64,000 nt of DNA. Source: Candidatus Moraniibacteriota bacterium. Its GTDB lineage: Bacteria > Patescibacteriota > Minisyncoccia > Moranbacterales > GCA-2747515. The notes beneath the pieces are model-generated. The model saw nothing but the letters and a program-made list of their open reading frames with translations. It was not told where the DNA came from and made no database searches. The stretch lies in contig JBBQZC010000002.1 of assembly GCA_038208115.1 (NCBI GenBank), forward strand, positions 55,233 to 119,232. Direction: 5' to 3'. Every line of letters starts with the position of its first letter. The first letter of the stretch is position 1. This document shows, one piece after another, positions 62,069 through 64,000 of this stretch. Made by a program: the position numbers and the translations under genes.

Positions 62069-62584
62069 CTATTTGAGCTCAGAAGGCCCGCGATTACCAT
62101 TAAACCCACCGCGATGTCCGCCTTTGTTACCAACAAGATATTTCTCATCGATACCATTGTCTTGTGCCCACTGTGTCATCTCGCTGCGATGTTTCTCCAT
62201 CTTTTGACGCATCTCATCGCGCGTAAGACTTGTGTCTGCAGTGCGTTGCACATCACGATCCAATCGCCATTGTACATTTTTATCAATGATTAGTTGTTTT
62301 TGTTCCTGCGTTAACGCCCCATCAGCAACCGCTTGCGTGAGAATTTCCTCATGTTGTGCGGTTCGCTCTTGTTTGCGTTCTTGATGTGCTTCTTCAAAGA
62401 AACTCTTTACCGCATCTTCGTTGAGATTGAACTTTTCAACAATCTTTGCAATGAGTGAATCATTGCGTGATCCGACCGCATCAGATGATTCCTGCGCAAG
62501 CGCAGTGTGTCCGCCGATGACAGCTCCACCAAGTGCAAGTGACAATGCAATTACCGAGATCACTACTTTGTTCTGTTCATTCAT
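62069..62584 (-). CDS. secreted Spy/CpxP/ZraP-like protein with LTXXQ motifs
   Basis: 171 aa; signal peptide; GALTQEQKQLI and SLTRDEMRQKM resemble LTXXQ periplasmic chaperone repeats. Confidence 0.4.
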   Translation of the reverse strand: MNEQNKVVISVIALSLALGGAVIGGHTALAQESSDAVGSRNDSLIAKIVEKFNLNEDAVKSFFEEAHQERKQERTAQHEEILTQAVADGALTQEQKQLIIDKNVQWRLDRDVQRTADTSLTRDEMRQKMEKHRSEMTQWAQDNGIDEKYLVGNKGGHRGGFNGNRGPSELK

Positions 62585-62772
62585 AATTGTTTATTGTTAG
62601 TGTAATTAATGCAGATCACAAAAAATATGCTAGCGTGTATTCTTCGTAGTCGCATCAGTATATACGATCTGTCACATAAATGTTTGCACAAGATACTACA
62701 AAAAACATCCTACAAAATTGTAGGATGTTTTATACATCATCATACGTAAGAGAAGACAGCATTAATTGCATA

Positions 62773-63186
62773 TCATTCCTTTGTGCCTCCACGTGGACCG
62801 TTTTTCATATCATCTGACATACATATCAACACATCCCCACCACGCATGTCCACTGTGCACGTGCCCATCATCGTGTGTGTTACTTCCACTGTTGTGCGCG
62901 TCACTTCACATGCTTCACCTTCTATTTTTTCACTGCATGCATCAATCAGCTCAGTCGGCATATTTTTATTTTGCAAACCCTCACCATTCATATTGCCTTT
63001 CTTTTGTTCATTTGTCCTTGTGCGATCTTGCGTTTTTTGCGAAGACTGCACAGAAGAAGTTCCATCTGTACTTTGTATTTTTTCTGCAGTACCGTCAGTA
63101 CATCCCGTAAGCAAAATCGTTACACCACACAGCGCCATCATGCCAAAAAATGACATTGTATTTTTTTTATTCATCAGTTTAATCAT
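62773..63186 (-). CDS. hypothetical lipoprotein
   Basis: 137 aa; ILLTGCTDG lipobox. Confidence 0.45.
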   Translation of the reverse strand: MIKLMNKKNTMSFFGMMALCGVTILLTGCTDGTAEKIQSTDGTSSVQSSQKTQDRTRTNEQKKGNMNGEGLQNKNMPTELIDACSEKIEGEACEVTRTTVEVTHTMMGTCTVDMRGGDVLICMSDDMKNGPRGGTKE

Positions 63187-63282
63187 TTATTAAAATTTAC
63201 ACGTGAGAGAAAATAGACACATTACCCATTAATTCTCACTATTAATCATATACGCAATTTGTGAGTCATTGTTTGCATTTTA

Positions 63283-63999
63283 TCACAAAACATTTTCATT
63301 GATTTCATCCGGCAACGGCACGGTTAACGACGGTGCACGTGTACGTCTATTTTTAAGATGAGATGGCAATGGGCGAACAAATTCAGCATAAAAAGATTGC
63401 TCTCCCGTTTTTTTGCCAATAAATTCTGCAAACATACCACTGTGCAATTCCTCTAGAAAATCAAACTTTGTTTTGTGATCATAAGTAACAATCCACTCCT
63501 CGTCATTTAAATTCACGATCATGATTTGATCTGTGGACACATCTACAACCTCTCCCGCCATCATACCATCACGTGGTCGTGACCATCGATTGTGTGCGGG
63601 AAATGTGACGTCTGAGAAATGTGCATTACGCAACATGCGTTTTTCCACGTGTTGATTAAATTTTGACAAATGCAAAACAGTTCCCAACAAGGCAATAATT
63701 AAAACAATTACACTTGAAATAAAAATTATACTCAAACGATATCCCTTGCGCGTCCTGCGCATCGCAAGGTAACCTGTGCCAAAAGCGATGACAAGCAAGA
63801 TGAGCCATAGATACGGTGCTGTCATCATCAGGATTCGCACATACTGACCGATTCCCAAGCGAAAAAGAAATTCTGGCCGGACATCCAGGAGGTTGGGTAT
63901 GAGCAATGAAAAACTAATTGCTCCAAAAAGCATAATCAAAACCCACGCACTCCAAAAAAGATAATTTTTCCAATGCACTCTCATATGTGATTGCGGCAT
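63283..63999 (-). CDS. hypothetical membrane protein (3-4 N-terminal TM plus C-terminal soluble domain)
   Basis: 238-aa ORF starting at the window edge. Confidence 0.45.
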   Translation of the reverse strand: MPQSHMRVHWKNYLFWSAWVLIMLFGAISFSLLIPNLLDVRPEFLFRLGIGQYVRILMMTAPYLWLILLVIAFGTGYLAMRRTRKGYRLSIIFISSVIVLIIALLGTVLHLSKFNQHVEKRMLRNAHFSDVTFPAHNRWSRPRDGMMAGEVVDVSTDQIMIVNLNDEEWIVTYDHKTKFDFLEELHSGMFAEFIGKKTGEQSFYAEFVRPLPSHLKNRRTRAPSLTVPLPDEINENVL

Positions 64000-64000
64000 A

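Overview
This is a 64 kb, low-GC (about 35%), gene-dense stretch of bacterial chromosome. Most genes run on the minus strand. The standard genetic code applies, because ORFs of 1488 aa and 1141 aa are uninterrupted. Many membrane-anchored and secreted hypothetical proteins and a sparse metabolic gene set suggest an uncultivated, possibly CPR/Patescibacteria-like organism. That placement is inference only.

Recognisable housekeeping genes are dnaJ (with a CIRCE operator), typA/bipA, purE, purD, rsgA, a DsbB/BdbC-like oxidoreductase and a malate:quinone-oxidoreductase-like flavoprotein.

Four efflux modules are present:
- a MarR-adaptor-RND operon
- a MarR plus heterodimeric ABC exporter operon
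- a MacA/MacB-type tripartite ABC efflux operon
- a CsoR-like regulator next to a partial adaptor gene at the left edge.

Signalling genes are one hybrid sensor kinase, one Cache/HAMP/PAS sensor kinase and an orphan CheY-like receiver.

The accessory content is the most distinctive part:
- a 1488-aa surface protein with a 7-blade FG-GAP propeller and an internal Peptidase-S74-like auto-processing motif
- two adjacent GH130-like phosphorylase/glycosidase genes, each with two domains
- three paralogous membrane-anchored VWA proteins with GVNV-type repeat modules
- an archaemetzincin placed divergently from a RimK-family ATP-grasp ligase, beside an acidic Trp-repeat secreted protein
- a membrane-anchored ferredoxin near an MsrQ-like di-heme membrane protein
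- a strongly expressed, GC-rich small secreted Arg/His-rich protein
- a DKNYY repeat protein
- an IS (rve transposase) remnant next to the macB-like gene whose 3' end is duplicated 37 kb away.

No rRNA or tRNA genes, CRISPR arrays or reverse transcriptases were found.
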